Of a stretch of 64,000 nt of DNA, positions 20,501 through 29,527 are shown one piece after another. This stretch comes from a virus. Positions within the stretch are counted from its first letter, which is position 1; each line of letters opens with the position of its first letter. The notes below the pieces were generated by a model. It saw only the letters and a list, made by a program, of their open reading frames with translations, was not told the origin of the DNA and ran no database searches. Location of the stretch: positions 19,070-83,069 of the IMG/VR virus record IMGVR_UViG_3300028653_000014; one strand, written 5' to 3'. Position numbers and translations under genes: made by a program.

Positions 20501-20987
20501 TCCTCAGACCGTCGAGAGAGGCGCCAGCGGTCGCCGCACCCGCCTCAGTCGCCACCCCGAGTTTCGCCGCCGCGGAAGCGGTAGCGTCAGCACTGAGTTT
20601 CGCCGCCGCAGCGGCCGTCGCGGACCCCTTCTCCGCGGCGGCTGCGATCTCGCCGTACGACGCCGAGAGCGCCAGGTTCGCGTCGATCTCCTTCACCGTC
20701 GCCGCAACATTCGCCTGAGCGGTCGCCGCAATCGTCTCGGCACTCGTGGCAGCCGCGTCCTTCGTTGCCGCCCCTGCCGAGACAGCCGACGAGGCGACCT
20801 CCTTGTACCCGGCGGCCAGCAGGTCGAGTTGGTCAGCCTGGGCGGCCGTACCCGCGACAGCGCCTGTGGATGCGACCTGCGCCTGGGCACCCGTCACGGC
20901 CGCCCGAACACCTGCGCTGATCTGCGCCTGCAAACCGTCCAGGTTCGCGCGGACGCGAACGTACGCTGTTGCAAGTTCGACGGCCAT
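17583..20987 (-). CDS. Tape measure protein
   Basis: 1134 aa, Ala-rich and helical, MAVELATAYVRV start, central hydrophobic segments, follows the chaperones. Confidence 0.92.
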   Translation of the reverse strand: MAVELATAYVRVRANLDGLQAQISAGVRAAVTGAQAQVASTGAVAGTAAQADQLDLLAAGYKEVASSAVSAGAATKDAAATSAETIAATAQANVAATVKEIDANLALSASYGEIAAAAEKGSATAAAAAKLSADATASAAAKLGVATEAGAATAGASLDGLRTKVFSLSKVLGVGIGAAFAVKFAKDVVGSAANLQKSQEVIQEEFGKSGDALTAFGEKGAQALGISAQTADATSARFGILFKNLDIAPSLAARMTQGFESLAGSLSAIKGVDPSQVLQSIVLAAAGNTRGLKQLGISVDTTSEKIAAFKLGLTDSITQALNPAQKAEAIYALATENLGQFQQQAAAHAHDYANEQRQLSAAFSNAKDVIGAALLPALSSLTSELGAWLTKMTQSGKLQRDVNSALSDAKQIIGGVKDVLSTVLPPLQAVISAVGGLGNAVKIMAAVWFGWKIGTIIGNLSLLVEGLFSTTAAVETNAAAVVAANEAIAASAVEAGGAEGVGLLAGGIAALTGPVGLAVVGIAGLTAGIVYLATRESDATAANRNFVSSITDLNTALAATPQDKLSLAQANLAVQQAKANSELSAGKKGTLAYKQAVLDLDAALQQQKAARAQYQSDLTKISTGQTAAKKTAQDLVAALKTQATNANVPIGGTRAGVGATPGQSASNFAAARQKAALDFAQGIQADAAAQKNLTPTIRQNLDLLSQFTLTVGRIPTQKEINFILDNRSATTSLSDIVTRLNELPQYATNAGTATGDNFTQSLTAAVAEGKGLGNGVAALFNALPDPLSAASAQTAGQRFATLFLDPINAAIQGAQDQIQAALKSGIAAATTASNTNAQAISEAQQRIGLLNEKLGQTIQQNAIDLTNSINQAKQNLASIGQSLASSVGSVLDQPLTNLQNKLTLAQNKLSLDQLRRSALLPGGKQLSTDPNKAVAELQSLAAKASTATKPYIESFLQQYQQASLSVAQDQVNQRKITATRTINDITDGINTGRLSVTKGRDQLLALLKRDGVSYKTAGKLLGTSFADGFNAQLKGIQDQAKALNGFTGGATGSGQEATIVQPALLVAQQQRDVAQQQLTIAKANTALQKKIATNTKTIADTLAAEKAVKVNPNALGRNPGRQKKTSTNLTGATR

Positions 20988-20995
20988 CTAGGTGC

Positions 20996-21738
20996 TCACC
21001 TCGCGTGCGCCACCTTCGGCCCGCCAGCAGGGGCCATCATGTCGAGCAGCCCCGGCGAGACCCGTGACACCGGCTTACGCGGCTCTGTCGGGTCCGCGTT
21101 GATCTCCGCCTCCCACTGCTCGAACTGGGCCTGGTCGGAGGCACGGTCGGCGAAGTAGGCGTGCGTCACGTTCACGAGTTGCCTGACGGTCAAGTTGTCT
21201 GCTCCTCCGGCGAGTCCGTGGAGGATGAGGTATCCGTCGAGGAGGTTCCAGTTGACGACCGCCCATCTGAAGAGCCAGCGGGCGGCACGGTAGGGCGCCG
21301 CGTCTGCGCCTCCATCATCCAGTTCACCACATCACCGACGTCGTCGATCGTGACGGGAGGTGTCGCGTCGATCGAGCGGACCTTCGCCCACTTGTCAGCT
21401 ACTTCGCCGTCACCTTCGACCGCGTCGAGGATCACCTGGTCGAACGCCTTCATCGTCTCACCGATCGAAGCGCCCCGAACGAGCACCTTCCCGAAGAACT
21501 CGTCGCACGTACAGCCCGGGTCGCCGCACTTCCCGGCCCCCTGCTCATGCTGAACCCGCTGATGCGTGCAGCGGCACTCCGTCTTCGACTGCTGCGCCTC
21601 CTTCAACGTCTCCAACGGCACGAACACCTCCGGGTGCAGCACATCGCGCATCACGAACGTTTCGCCGCCAAGCTGGAACGTTCGGTCCTCCACCGGCAGC
21701 GACGGCCTCGCCGTGCGTGCCTCATCGAAGTTCTTCAC
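20996..21738 (-). CDS. Tail assembly chaperones: 21190-21738 plus a -1 frameshifted extension to 20996
   Basis: GTG 21738 with SD; after CGCCCTAC (21290-21297) the -1 frame reads PYRAARWLFRWAVVNWNLLDGYL... and is continuous with ORF 20996-21193. Confidence 0.75.
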
Positions 21739-21763
21739 AGGCTTTCCTTTCCGTGCGTAGACA

Positions 21764-23188
21764 TCAAGTGGTCCTCGCCGCCTCCAAAGCCGGAAGTAGA
21801 AACGGCCTCGGAGCCGTGCGTTTATTCCCCACCCAGCCGACACCGCCCCCGCGCTTCGGATAAGCATGGGCCGTATTTCCATGCCCGAGTTCGACGTACG
21901 AGTTGCTCACCACCACGCCGTTCGCCAAAAACGAGTGAACGCCGTTTACGGCGAGGTCGTACAGGCTGGCGTGCCATGTCCCCTTTGACTTCGCCGCCTC
22001 GTCTCCGTAACGCCATGTCCTCAGAATGGTGGCCGGGACGACGCGGAATCTTTCAGGATCGACATATGACTTCGGGCCTGGGTTGCACACGACATAGCGA
22101 ACGCCCGCTAGAGGCTCTGGATCAATCGGCTCGAACGGCGGACGTGCCTTGTCGTAGAAATGAATGTGCGTGATCTCCACGCCGGGACAGAGGCGCAGGA
22201 GTTCTCGATCGCGCTCGATGTCTTTCTTCTGATCACGGTGCCAGTAGCCGCCGTCGGCCTCGATGATCTCGCGGCGCTCTGCATCGAAGAAGTCAACGAT
22301 GTAGTCACCAATCGGCACCTGGCGCTCGTAGTTCACTCCACGCTCATCAAGCCATGCGGCGACCTCGTACTCAGGTCGCGTCTCATGTCCCAACGCGGAA
22401 AGCTGTCTGTTCAGCCTGGCGCCCTGCTGACTTCGCTTCGCCGCCTCGGAAATCTTCTGGCGCGTAGCGTCAGAGCGGATGGCCCCAAGATGCGGATTCG
22501 CCCCGGCCGCCCATGCCTCATCCCGGCAGGCGGTGGAGCAATACCGCTTTCCTTGATTACGATGTGCGTCGAGGCAGTGATCGCACGTCTTTAGCAGTGC
22601 TGTTCCCTTGTTGTGAGCGAGTTTGCGCGTGGAATACAGCATGTCTCCATCGCGCAGGTCACCCGCGAAGATCCACTGATTACGCTCATCGCGCAGAACG
22701 AGAACGCGGTGATCGAGCGTCAGAGTGACTTGGTGAGTTCGATCTGATCTCCACGGCACTTCGATATCGATGAGTTCTGGCTTCTCGACTGCCGGAAAAG
22801 ACCACTTCCCGACGATCGGCTGGAAGTCTCCAGCCTGAGTGAGGACCTCTTCGCCTATCTCGATCTGACCGATAGTCCGCGGACCAGTTCTAGTCGTGAT
22901 CACAGTGTGCGCGTCGAAGACGCAGGCGTAACTGACGTTCGAGCCGATGTCGACATACGGGCCTTGCGAGTCGGCGCCTACCCGGTAGCCGATCGACGAA
23001 CGGAGACGGCCGGTGATGACGTTCGGCCCCGGCCGCCCCGTCGCGTTCGTCTTCGCGGCAGCCTCAACCCGGACGGCGCGCTTCACCAAGTCGACCACGA
23101 TCGCTTCGTTGAGCACCCGTGTGAACGCGGCAGCGTCGATCTGGAACTGGCCGAGCGTCGCCTGAATCTGGACATCGAGGACGCTCAC
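21764..23188 (-). CDS. HK97 gp10-like tail completion protein with intein
   Basis: Exteins TGRLRSSI...GSNVSYA|SYVELG...PRPFLLPAL give a 133-aa mature protein. Confidence 0.85.
   Translation of the reverse strand: MSVLDVQIQATLGQFQIDAAAFTRVLNEAIVVDLVKRAVRVEAAAKTNATGRPGPNVITGRLRSSIGYRVGADSQGPYVDIGSNVSYACVFDAHTVITTRTGPRTIGQIEIGEEVLTQAGDFQPIVGKWSFPAVEKPELIDIEVPWRSDRTHQVTLTLDHRVLVLRDERNQWIFAGDLRDGDMLYSTRKLAHNKGTALLKTCDHCLDAHRNQGKRYCSTACRDEAWAAGANPHLGAIRSDATRQKISEAAKRSQQGARLNRQLSALGHETRPEYEVAAWLDERGVNYERQVPIGDYIVDFFDAERREIIEADGGYWHRDQKKDIERDRELLRLCPGVEITHIHFYDKARPPFEPIDPEPLAGVRYVVCNPGPKSYVDPERFRVVPATILRTWRYGDEAAKSKGTWHASLYDLAVNGVHSFLANGVVVSNSYVELGHGNTAHAYPKRGGGVGWVGNKRTAPRPFLLPALEAARTT
21902..22924 (-). 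mobile_element. Intein (341 aa) with Zn-finger, NUMOD3-like and Vsr/DUF559-like endonuclease
   Basis: CVFDAHT start, TLDH block B, LYDLAV..HSFLANGVVVSN|S end; YERQVPIGDYIVDF...IEADGGYWH. Confidence 0.9.
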
Positions 23189-23721
23189 GAATAGCCACCC
23201 AACTGAATCCTTATTGGTATGGACCAGCCCGCCACGCCGCCCTGTGACTGCACCGGGATGGCCGGGTCGAACTGGAACTCACGCCGGTTCGACTGCGACG
23301 CGAACAGCAGGCCCGCCCGGAACTGGTTCTTCAGATAGTTCCAGACACCCCACAGGTCCGCGTAGCAGATGGCTGCGGCAGCCGAGATTTTGTCGGTCGA
23401 CGGGAGCAGCAGGTTCTGGCCGTCGTCTTCGATGCCCGGGACGCACCGGAGCACGACCGCAGTCAGCGCGATCAGGTCGACCTGGCCGGTGGTCGAGATC
23501 CGCTGCATCGGCTGGAGCGGCGGCTGCAACGGGTACGTGTCCGCGACGTTAGCGGCACCCACGTACACGAGCAGAGACGACGACGCACAGTCGAACGAGG
23601 GCGGACCCGGCCAGATGGCCTGGTAGTCAGGTTCACCACCGGGCGTCAACGCCAGCCCGGCCGCGCACGCGACGAGATACTCAGACGCGAGCGCGTAGAG
23701 TGCCTCAGGCCCGCTAGACAC
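23185..23721 (-). CDS. Tail terminator-like protein
   Basis: Position in the module; VVLRC, QGGVAGW motifs. Confidence 0.65.
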   Translation of the reverse strand: MSSGPEALYALASEYLVACAAGLALTPGGEPDYQAIWPGPPSFDCASSSLLVYVGAANVADTYPLQPPLQPMQRISTTGQVDLIALTAVVLRCVPGIEDDGQNLLLPSTDKISAAAAICYADLWGVWNYLKNQFRAGLLFASQSNRREFQFDPAIPVQSQGGVAGWSIPIRIQLGGYS

Positions 23722-24071
23722 GCGCCGCCCCCTCTCTGAGGGTTTCTACTCGCCCTGGTCGGGCAAGAGCGCCAGCAGGCTTAGGGCGCGTCCTGACGCT
23801 ACCCACACGGCACCTGGGTACCCGGGCGCGCGGCGCACGACACGACCATGCGGCCTGTGACGTCTGAGGCAGCCAGCGGGCCGGTTGGACAGCCGCGAAG
23901 CGGAGCCGGTTCAGATGCTTCCGTGAGCAGAGAGCCGCACGAGCGTCGCGGCGCAGCCGTGTCGCGTCGACCCCGGCGCTGCCCTGTCGCATCAGCACCC
24001 CCAGATACGCCGCCTGCGCCTCACCCGTCAGAGCACCATCCACATCGAGAAGGCTACAACGGCGCTAGAAC

Positions 24072-24103
24072 GAACCAAGGGCCACCGAAGTGGCCCCTGG
24101 TTC
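24072..24103. terminator. Hairpin
   Basis: GAACCAAGGGCCAC-CGAA-GTGGCCCCTGGTTC. Confidence 0.55.
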
Positions 24104-24157
24104 ACCTATGCGCGAAGGGAGACATGCGATCCCTTCACGGGATAGACTACTACACCG

Positions 24158-24175
24158 GGTAACGCGCGCGTGACT
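24158..24175. repeat. 18-bp pseudo-palindrome, copy 5
   Basis: GGTAACGCGCGCGTGACT, just downstream of a + strand TAGACT -10-like hexamer. Confidence 0.9.
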
Positions 24176-24248
24176 TAGCGGAACGCAGTAGATTGCGGCT
24201 ATCGCCGCTGAGACTAGATACCTCGGCCCGAACCTATCTGGCTTCTGC

Positions 24249-25151
24249 ATGTGCGGATGCGGTCAGAAGACCAATCTCGCCCGGTACAACGATCACGAGA
24301 AGGGGTATGTGCTCGGTCAGCCGATGCGCTATCGCCTCGGCCACGCCTTGGCGCGCACGCCGGTTATGCCGCTCGTGGCTCCTAATCCGTCCGGCTATTG
24401 CGAATGCGGATGCGGCGCAAGCACGCCCGCGGCGAAGAGAACCAATCGTCAGTTCGGACATCTAAAGGGACACCCCGTCCGCTTCATAGCAGGTCATCAA
24501 CTCAGGAATCTCTGGGAGCCGTCCCAAAATCTCACTGCTCTCTGTGCTTGCGGGTGCGGTGGTCGGACGCGTTCAGTGAAATGGGGGAACGCCTCCAAAG
24601 GGCTTTCCCGCGGTCAGGCTCAGAAGTTCATCCGCGGCCATCAACAGCGGAAACCAGTCGCAATCCAGGAAGACGAATATCTAGTCGCCGATCTCGGCTT
24701 CGACACTCCATGTTGGGTCTATCTCGGCCTGCTCGACCCGAAGGGCTACGGCATTCGGCACCGAACCGGAACGGGCACCGCACGTGCTCACCGTCAGTCG
24801 TACACGGAGTTCGTTGGTCCTATCCCATCAGGGAAGTCAATCCATCATCGTTGTCGTCACCCCGCGTGCATCAACCCAACGCATCTCGAAGCCATGCCAG
24901 TCTCCGAGAACACCGAACTCACACGAGGAACTCGACCGCCCCGCGCTGTCCGTCTACGTGTCTTTGAACGAGACGGTCACCGTTGCCGACGATGCGGTGT
25001 GACGAAGGAACTCAGCATCGACCACATCGTGCCGCTCTGTCGCGATGGCACCCACGACGAGGCGAATCTTCAGACTCTCTGCCGCTCATGCAACAGCAAA
25101 AAGGGCCGCTACTACTTCCTCGACGAACGCCTCGCTACAGCAACCCTCTAA
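24249..25151 (+). CDS. Free-standing HNH homing endonuclease (three CGCG repeats, two HNH domains)
   Basis: CGCG...KG...GH x3; IHHRCRHPACINPTHL; IDHIVP...NLQTLCRSCN. Confidence 0.9.
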   Translation: MCGCGQKTNLARYNDHEKGYVLGQPMRYRLGHALARTPVMPLVAPNPSGYCECGCGASTPAAKRTNRQFGHLKGHPVRFIAGHQLRNLWEPSQNLTALCACGCGGRTRSVKWGNASKGLSRGQAQKFIRGHQQRKPVAIQEDEYLVADLGFDTPCWVYLGLLDPKGYGIRHRTGTGTARAHRQSYTEFVGPIPSGKSIHHRCRHPACINPTHLEAMPVSENTELTRGTRPPRAVRLRVFERDGHRCRRCGVTKELSIDHIVPLCRDGTHDEANLQTLCRSCNSKKGRYYFLDERLATATL

Positions 25152-26332
25152 GACGAGTAGTCGGTACCAACGGCGCGAGCGAAAGTCTGCAAGTCAGGCG
25201 AGAAAACGGCCCCTTGACGACCTCGTCGCTGTCCCCCGGCGTATGCCTGCAAGAAAAGATCGGTGCTGACCAGACCAGTTGCCTTCGTTGGGTCAGCCCA
25301 ATTTTGGACGAGACCTCTGTCAACTTCTATTCCTTGCCGCACGACACGGGTGGCGCCCGCGGGCAGCAGACAGTCCTTCCCGTTGCAGGCCAGCCACAAC
25401 TGGTTCGCGATCTCGGTCGCGGCAGCACGGCCCAACTGGGGCGGGTCGATGCCCCACTGGTACTGGATCGAGAACGTGCCCGGCTGGTCGTCGTCCAAAC
25501 TCATGTCCTGGCAGCCGGGCCACCAGTTCGGCTCTGACGGGTCCCCGGGCGTGTCCATCCGCACGAGTTGCCGCCACTTGTCGAGCCGCCAGTTCCGGGC
25601 GCCCGTGTCAGGGTCGAACTCCAGCAGCGGCACCCCGCCGATCAGCACATCCAGGATCTTCCTCACCGGGTAGCCGCCGAGCCGGACGATCGACATCGGC
25701 GCGCACCCGAACTTGTCGCCGACCTCGTTGTACCAGGCCCAGCCGCCACCGCCGCCCCACGGCGCCGTCTGCCAGTACCACGGCCCCCACCCGTACGAGA
25801 CAGGCCCCGTGAGCCAGCAGCCGCACGCCTGGCTGCACGGACGCACCTTCCGCTGACACAGACCAGGGAAGCGGCGTCCTGAAATCTCGTAGAGCGCCAT
25901 CGACGCCTCGAACGCGACCGTGTCGAACGCGGCCGGGTTGGAACCGTAGTTGAACTGCACACAGGCGGCGACGTCCTCCCCTGTGATCCAACTGAAGCAC
26001 GGCCCCAACGTCGGGCCGTCAGGGACGCTCCCGGGAGGGTCGACCGCGGACGGGATCACGAACACCGTCCCGTAGATCGTCTCCGTCACCGTCGACCCCT
26101 GATACCCCGTCGACCGCCACCGGTACTCGCCGATCAGGGCAGGCACCCCGAGCGCGCACTCCCAATAGTCCGGCGCCGGGTTCGTCACCGCCGCATCGAC
26201 GCCCGACGTGAACGTCAGCACCGTCTTGTCCGGCTGCTCCAACTGGAACACAACCTCGGACGGGGACGGCTCCCCCTCCTGCCCGAACGTGGCGTCAAGA
26301 ACGACCGGGTTGCCTTCGGTGACGGTACTCAT
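25148..26332 (-). CDS. Head-to-tail adaptor
   Basis: LYEISGRRFPG.C..KVRP, WPGCQD, CLLP..ATRVVRQG, TGL..TDLF. Confidence 0.75.
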   Translation of the reverse strand: MSTVTEGNPVVLDATFGQEGEPSPSEVVFQLEQPDKTVLTFTSGVDAAVTNPAPDYWECALGVPALIGEYRWRSTGYQGSTVTETIYGTVFVIPSAVDPPGSVPDGPTLGPCFSWITGEDVAACVQFNYGSNPAAFDTVAFEASMALYEISGRRFPGLCQRKVRPCSQACGCWLTGPVSYGWGPWYWQTAPWGGGGGWAWYNEVGDKFGCAPMSIVRLGGYPVRKILDVLIGGVPLLEFDPDTGARNWRLDKWRQLVRMDTPGDPSEPNWWPGCQDMSLDDDQPGTFSIQYQWGIDPPQLGRAAATEIANQLWLACNGKDCLLPAGATRVVRQGIEVDRGLVQNWADPTKATGLVSTDLFLQAYAGGQRRGRQGAVFSPDLQTFARAVGTDYSS

Positions 26333-26357
26333 CGACGCCTCATTCTAAGCGGGGTTG

Positions 26358-26390
26358 TGCGGCCGGGGCGCCTGTGAAGCCCCGGCCGCA
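26358..26390. terminator. Hairpin
   Basis: TGCGGCCGGGGC...GCCCCGGCCGCA. Confidence 0.6.
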
Positions 26391-26404
26391 TCCTTAGTCA
26401 GTGA

Positions 26405-26812
26405 CTACCGGCCGAGATGCAGGAGTCTGTGATGCCGGATGCAAAGCCAGCGAACGTCGAGCGGCTTCGAGTAATCATCGTGATGCGCGTGAATCCTTCC
26501 AGAGCAGTCGTCGGACTCTCGCTCACATGGCTGAGGAACAAGATCACCGCGCGCAACGGCATTGAGCACGCGACTTCTAGCAACGATCTTTTCCGGCTCC
26601 CGCTTCTTACGTTCCAGCTTCTTCTGCGCCCACTCGTCGGAGTGACGGTGATAGGACGCTCGTGCTGCCGCCCGGTGCTGATCTCGATGCCCGACGACCC
26701 ACTTGTGGTGACGTGCAGCATTCGCTTCCCGACACTTTTCACACCTGCATTTGTGTCGTTCGTAGAAGTTGCGCGTACCGTGTCGTGGGTCGTCGGGGTC
26801 AAAATCGGTCAC
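26405..26812 (-). CDS. HNH-like / Zn-finger protein
   Basis: HGT...CRCEKC; HAHHDDYSKPLDVRWLC..HH. Confidence 0.75.
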   Translation of the reverse strand: MTDFDPDDPRHGTRNFYERHKCRCEKCREANAARHHKWVVGHRDQHRAAARASYHRHSDEWAQKKLERKKREPEKIVARSRVLNAVARGDLVPQPCERESDDCSGRIHAHHDDYSKPLDVRWLCIRHHRLLHLGR

Positions 26813-26821
26813 ACCCTCACT

Positions 26822-27469
26822 TTACGTAATTGGAGCGCTTTGGTACCCGCAGACAGCCGTCGGGACGGCCGTGTCGTAGAACCAGGCACCGTTCGGCTGG
26901 ATCGCCTCCGGCACGTCCGCGTAAATCCCCATCCCCCAGTTGCCGTTCGCGACGGTGAAGCCAGTGAACTTCGGCTGAGAGAAGTCGTTCTGGGCCGTGT
27001 CCGCGCCGCGCTGCCAGCGAGACGACGGGAACACGTAACGGCGATACGGGTACGGCGCCGACGGCTCGTGGTCGCAGTCCCACAGATCCTGCCACGCCTC
27101 GAACGCCGCGTACGGCTGCTGAGAGCCGCAAGGCACCTTGAACTGCACGCCGATCGGGAACCCGCCACCGTCGGTGATGACCGGTGCGCCCGTCAGCAAC
27201 TCCTCCAGGCCCGGCTCCAGCACGCCCTGGTCGAGTTCGAGGTTGAACCGCTTCAGGATGTCCTGACCCCGGTACGTGTTCAGAAGCTGGTCGCAGCCGC
27301 CCTTCTGGTCCTTCACCTCGCCCGCCAGCACGTCAGGCGTGATCGTCAACTGGATCGGCTTGTCGCTGACGTAGAGGTTGTTCGGTCCCGCGATGGGGTT
27401 GCCGAGCGCATCCACGCGAGTCGCCCGGATGTAGCAAAGATGGATCGCTCCATCACAGATTGCAGGCAT
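26822..27469 (-). CDS. Major tail protein
   Basis: IRATRVDALGNP, GGC, FEAW, RYVFP, NGNWG; position in the module. Confidence 0.75.
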   Translation of the reverse strand: MPAICDGAIHLCYIRATRVDALGNPIAGPNNLYVSDKPIQLTITPDVLAGEVKDQKGGCDQLLNTYRGQDILKRFNLELDQGVLEPGLEELLTGAPVITDGGGFPIGVQFKVPCGSQQPYAAFEAWQDLWDCDHEPSAPYPYRRYVFPSSRWQRGADTAQNDFSQPKFTGFTVANGNWGMGIYADVPEAIQPNGAWFYDTAVPTAVCGYQSAPIT

Positions 27470-27507
27470 GTTCTAGTCCCCCTCTCGGGATGTCGTTTGG
27501 TCTCTCA

Positions 27508-28554
27508 TCAGGAACCCGTGTTGCAGTCCGTAGAGCAACGATCCACCAGGACGGCCGCTTGTAACACGACGTCCCACACCGCCGAGTAGTAGCGTTCGGC
27601 CCGGTAGGTGAACGTGTTCGGGCGGCCATTCGTGGCGCCACTTGATGTGCCGCGGTCGAGCGCCTCCGTGCGGGTGTCCGGTGTCGTGAAGATGTCAGAG
27701 CGGCGCAGATCGACCGGGCCTGTCGCGTACGCCCACTCCTCAGTCGGGCCGGGTGTCGGATGACCGACAGGGGTCGACACGCCGACATAGCCGCCATCGG
27801 GGATGACCACGTTCCCGTTGATCGTCCGGATGACCCCGGTCTTGTCCTGGATCACGAAGCCGGTGCCCAGGAGGGCGGTCGCCATCATCGGGGAGCAGTG
27901 GATAACCCCGAGCGAACCCGTCAGGCCGATCGCGGCCTCCAGAATCTGCAGTGCATGGTTCGGTCTCGTCGCGACGTTGCCGTTCGGGAACGTCCCCATC
28001 CCGTCCGCCAGATACGGCTGCGAGGACAGGGTCGCGCCCGACATGAACTCGCGCGCGACCGCGAACGACTCCTTCGCCGCTATCGCGACGACCGCGCGGG
28101 CACGGAACGCCGCCTCGTCCGGCACCTGCTGCGACGTACACGTGATCGACTGGACGACCGTCAGCGTGTTGAACTCCGGCGGGGTCGCGTTCGAGCCGAA
28201 CGACTTCTGTACCGGGTGCGCGGCACACGCGTCCCACACCGACGGGGCATCCTCCGGGTACGGGTACACCGCGACACCGTTCAGCCAGCGTTCGCGGCCC
28301 GCGAGATCCGGCACATACACCTGCTCGTCCGGCGCGCTCGGAACCCGCAGCCAGATCGACCCGTCGGCTTTGCGATACAGGCCCGGCTCCAGAGAGCCGT
28401 CCTGGCCGATCGTTGAGTCGTCCACCGGGCCGATCGTCGTGTCGACGACGATCCTCACACCCGCCGCATCCGACGCCGCCGCCGGGACAAGCCCATGTAC
28501 TGGCGGAATCGGTAGGGGGCCATCTACGCGCCAGGTCGGGAAGTTCGCGTTCAC
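27508..28554 (-). CDS. Second capsid protein (pentamer/decoration type)
   Basis: Follows the major capsid gene; GVIH, RT..GN.V..GGY, YATGPV, AER.Y motifs of cluster-B-like actinophage heads. Confidence 0.65.
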   Translation of the reverse strand: MNANFPTWRVDGPLPIPPVHGLVPAAASDAAGVRIVVDTTIGPVDDSTIGQDGSLEPGLYRKADGSIWLRVPSAPDEQVYVPDLAGRERWLNGVAVYPYPEDAPSVWDACAAHPVQKSFGSNATPPEFNTLTVVQSITCTSQQVPDEAAFRARAVVAIAAKESFAVAREFMSGATLSSQPYLADGMGTFPNGNVATRPNHALQILEAAIGLTGSLGVIHCSPMMATALLGTGFVIQDKTGVIRTINGNVVIPDGGYVGVSTPVGHPTPGPTEEWAYATGPVDLRRSDIFTTPDTRTEALDRGTSSGATNGRPNTFTYRAERYYSAVWDVVLQAAVLVDRCSTDCNTGS

Positions 28555-28583
28555 GCCGCCCCCCTAAATGAGGTAAAATAAAT

Positions 28584-28607
28584 GCCGGGACGTATCCGCG
28601 TCCCGGC
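28584..28607 (-). terminator. Intrinsic terminator
   Basis: GCCGGGACG...CGTCCCGGC followed on the - strand by ATTTATTTT. Confidence 0.65.
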
Positions 28608-28640
28608 CCTCAACTGGGCCACATCAACCAGGGAGAAGAC

Positions 28641-29417
28641 GTGACCAGCAGCGAGCTTTGCACCTGCACCCTTTGCACGGCAGGCGAGCCTGTTCCGTAC
28701 GGCACCTGCCACTGCGCGTGCGGCGAGAAAACGAACCCGGCGCCGTTCACGAACCCCGCCAGGGACTACGTGAAGGGCGAGCCGGTGAAGTACGTCAAGG
28801 GCCACGGCTCCCGCTCGAAGGACTGGAAGAAGCGTTGGAACAGCGAGGGACCAAACCCATCCGGCATCTGCCAGTACAACGGCTGCGATCAGCCGACCCT
28901 GCTCTCCGCGAACACCGTGTGGCATCTCGGGATCATCCGAGGAGAGCCGCTCCGTATGTGCCCTAAACACAAGCACCCCGGACGGAAGAAGGCCACTCTC
29001 ACCTTCGACATTGAGGATCGTGGATACATCAGCGACGAAGGGGTGGCTAGCGACTGCCACATCTTCAATCGTGACGCCCGCGACGGGAAGAACGGCGTAT
29101 ACGGAGTCATCGGCGGAAAGTCGCGGCTCGCCCATATCGTCGCATGGGAAGCGCTCAACGGCGCTCTGCCGCGCGGTCTCACCCTCGACCATCTCTGCGA
29201 GATCAAACTCTGCGTCAACCCCGATCATCTCCGCCTCTCCACTAGAGCGGTACACGCCAAGCGGCACGCTGACCTGCGGATTGACAAGAACGTGATCTCG
29301 GCTATCCGCGACGCCCTGCGTACAAGTGATCTCACTCAGAAGCAGATCGCCGCGAAGTTCGGCGTCAGCCTCAGCTACGTGGGCAGAGTCCGCTCCGCCA
29401 TGAAGCGCGAGTCCTAG
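28641..29417 (+). CDS. Free-standing HNH homing endonuclease with C-terminal HTH
   Basis: CACGEKT...KGH; LDHLCEIKLCVNPDHL; TQKQIAAKFGVS. Confidence 0.9.
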   Translation: MTSSELCTCTLCTAGEPVPYGTCHCACGEKTNPAPFTNPARDYVKGEPVKYVKGHGSRSKDWKKRWNSEGPNPSGICQYNGCDQPTLLSANTVWHLGIIRGEPLRMCPKHKHPGRKKATLTFDIEDRGYISDEGVASDCHIFNRDARDGKNGVYGVIGGKSRLAHIVAWEALNGALPRGLTLDHLCEIKLCVNPDHLRLSTRAVHAKRHADLRIDKNVISAIRDALRTSDLTQKQIAAKFGVSLSYVGRVRSAMKRES

Positions 29418-29440
29418 ACTCCCACCGCCAAGAGCGACCG

Positions 29441-29494
29441 AGCGGTCGTGCCCTCCCGCCGATAAAGGCTGGAAGGCACGACCGCTTTTCTCTT
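29441..29494 (+). terminator. Intrinsic terminator of the HNH gene
   Basis: AGCGGTCGTGCC...GGCACGACCGCT followed by TTTCTCTT. Confidence 0.7.
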
Positions 29495-29527
29495 CCGTAA
29501 TACTCACTGAGATTAATCAGTCAGTAA

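Noticed and set aside
23714-24043. Arg-rich 109-aa ORF or ncRNA between the tail terminator and HNH genes
   Set aside because: It has a plausible leaderless -10 (TAGCCT), but no motif and atypical codons; I cannot decide whether it is coding.
28551-29507. 318-aa - strand ORF spanning the HNH gene and ending in a GTGA overlap with the next gene
   Set aside because: Codon-aligned antisense frames are often open in high-GC genes; it has no SD or motif and crosses a terminator. Unlike the intein case, only one strand looks like protein.
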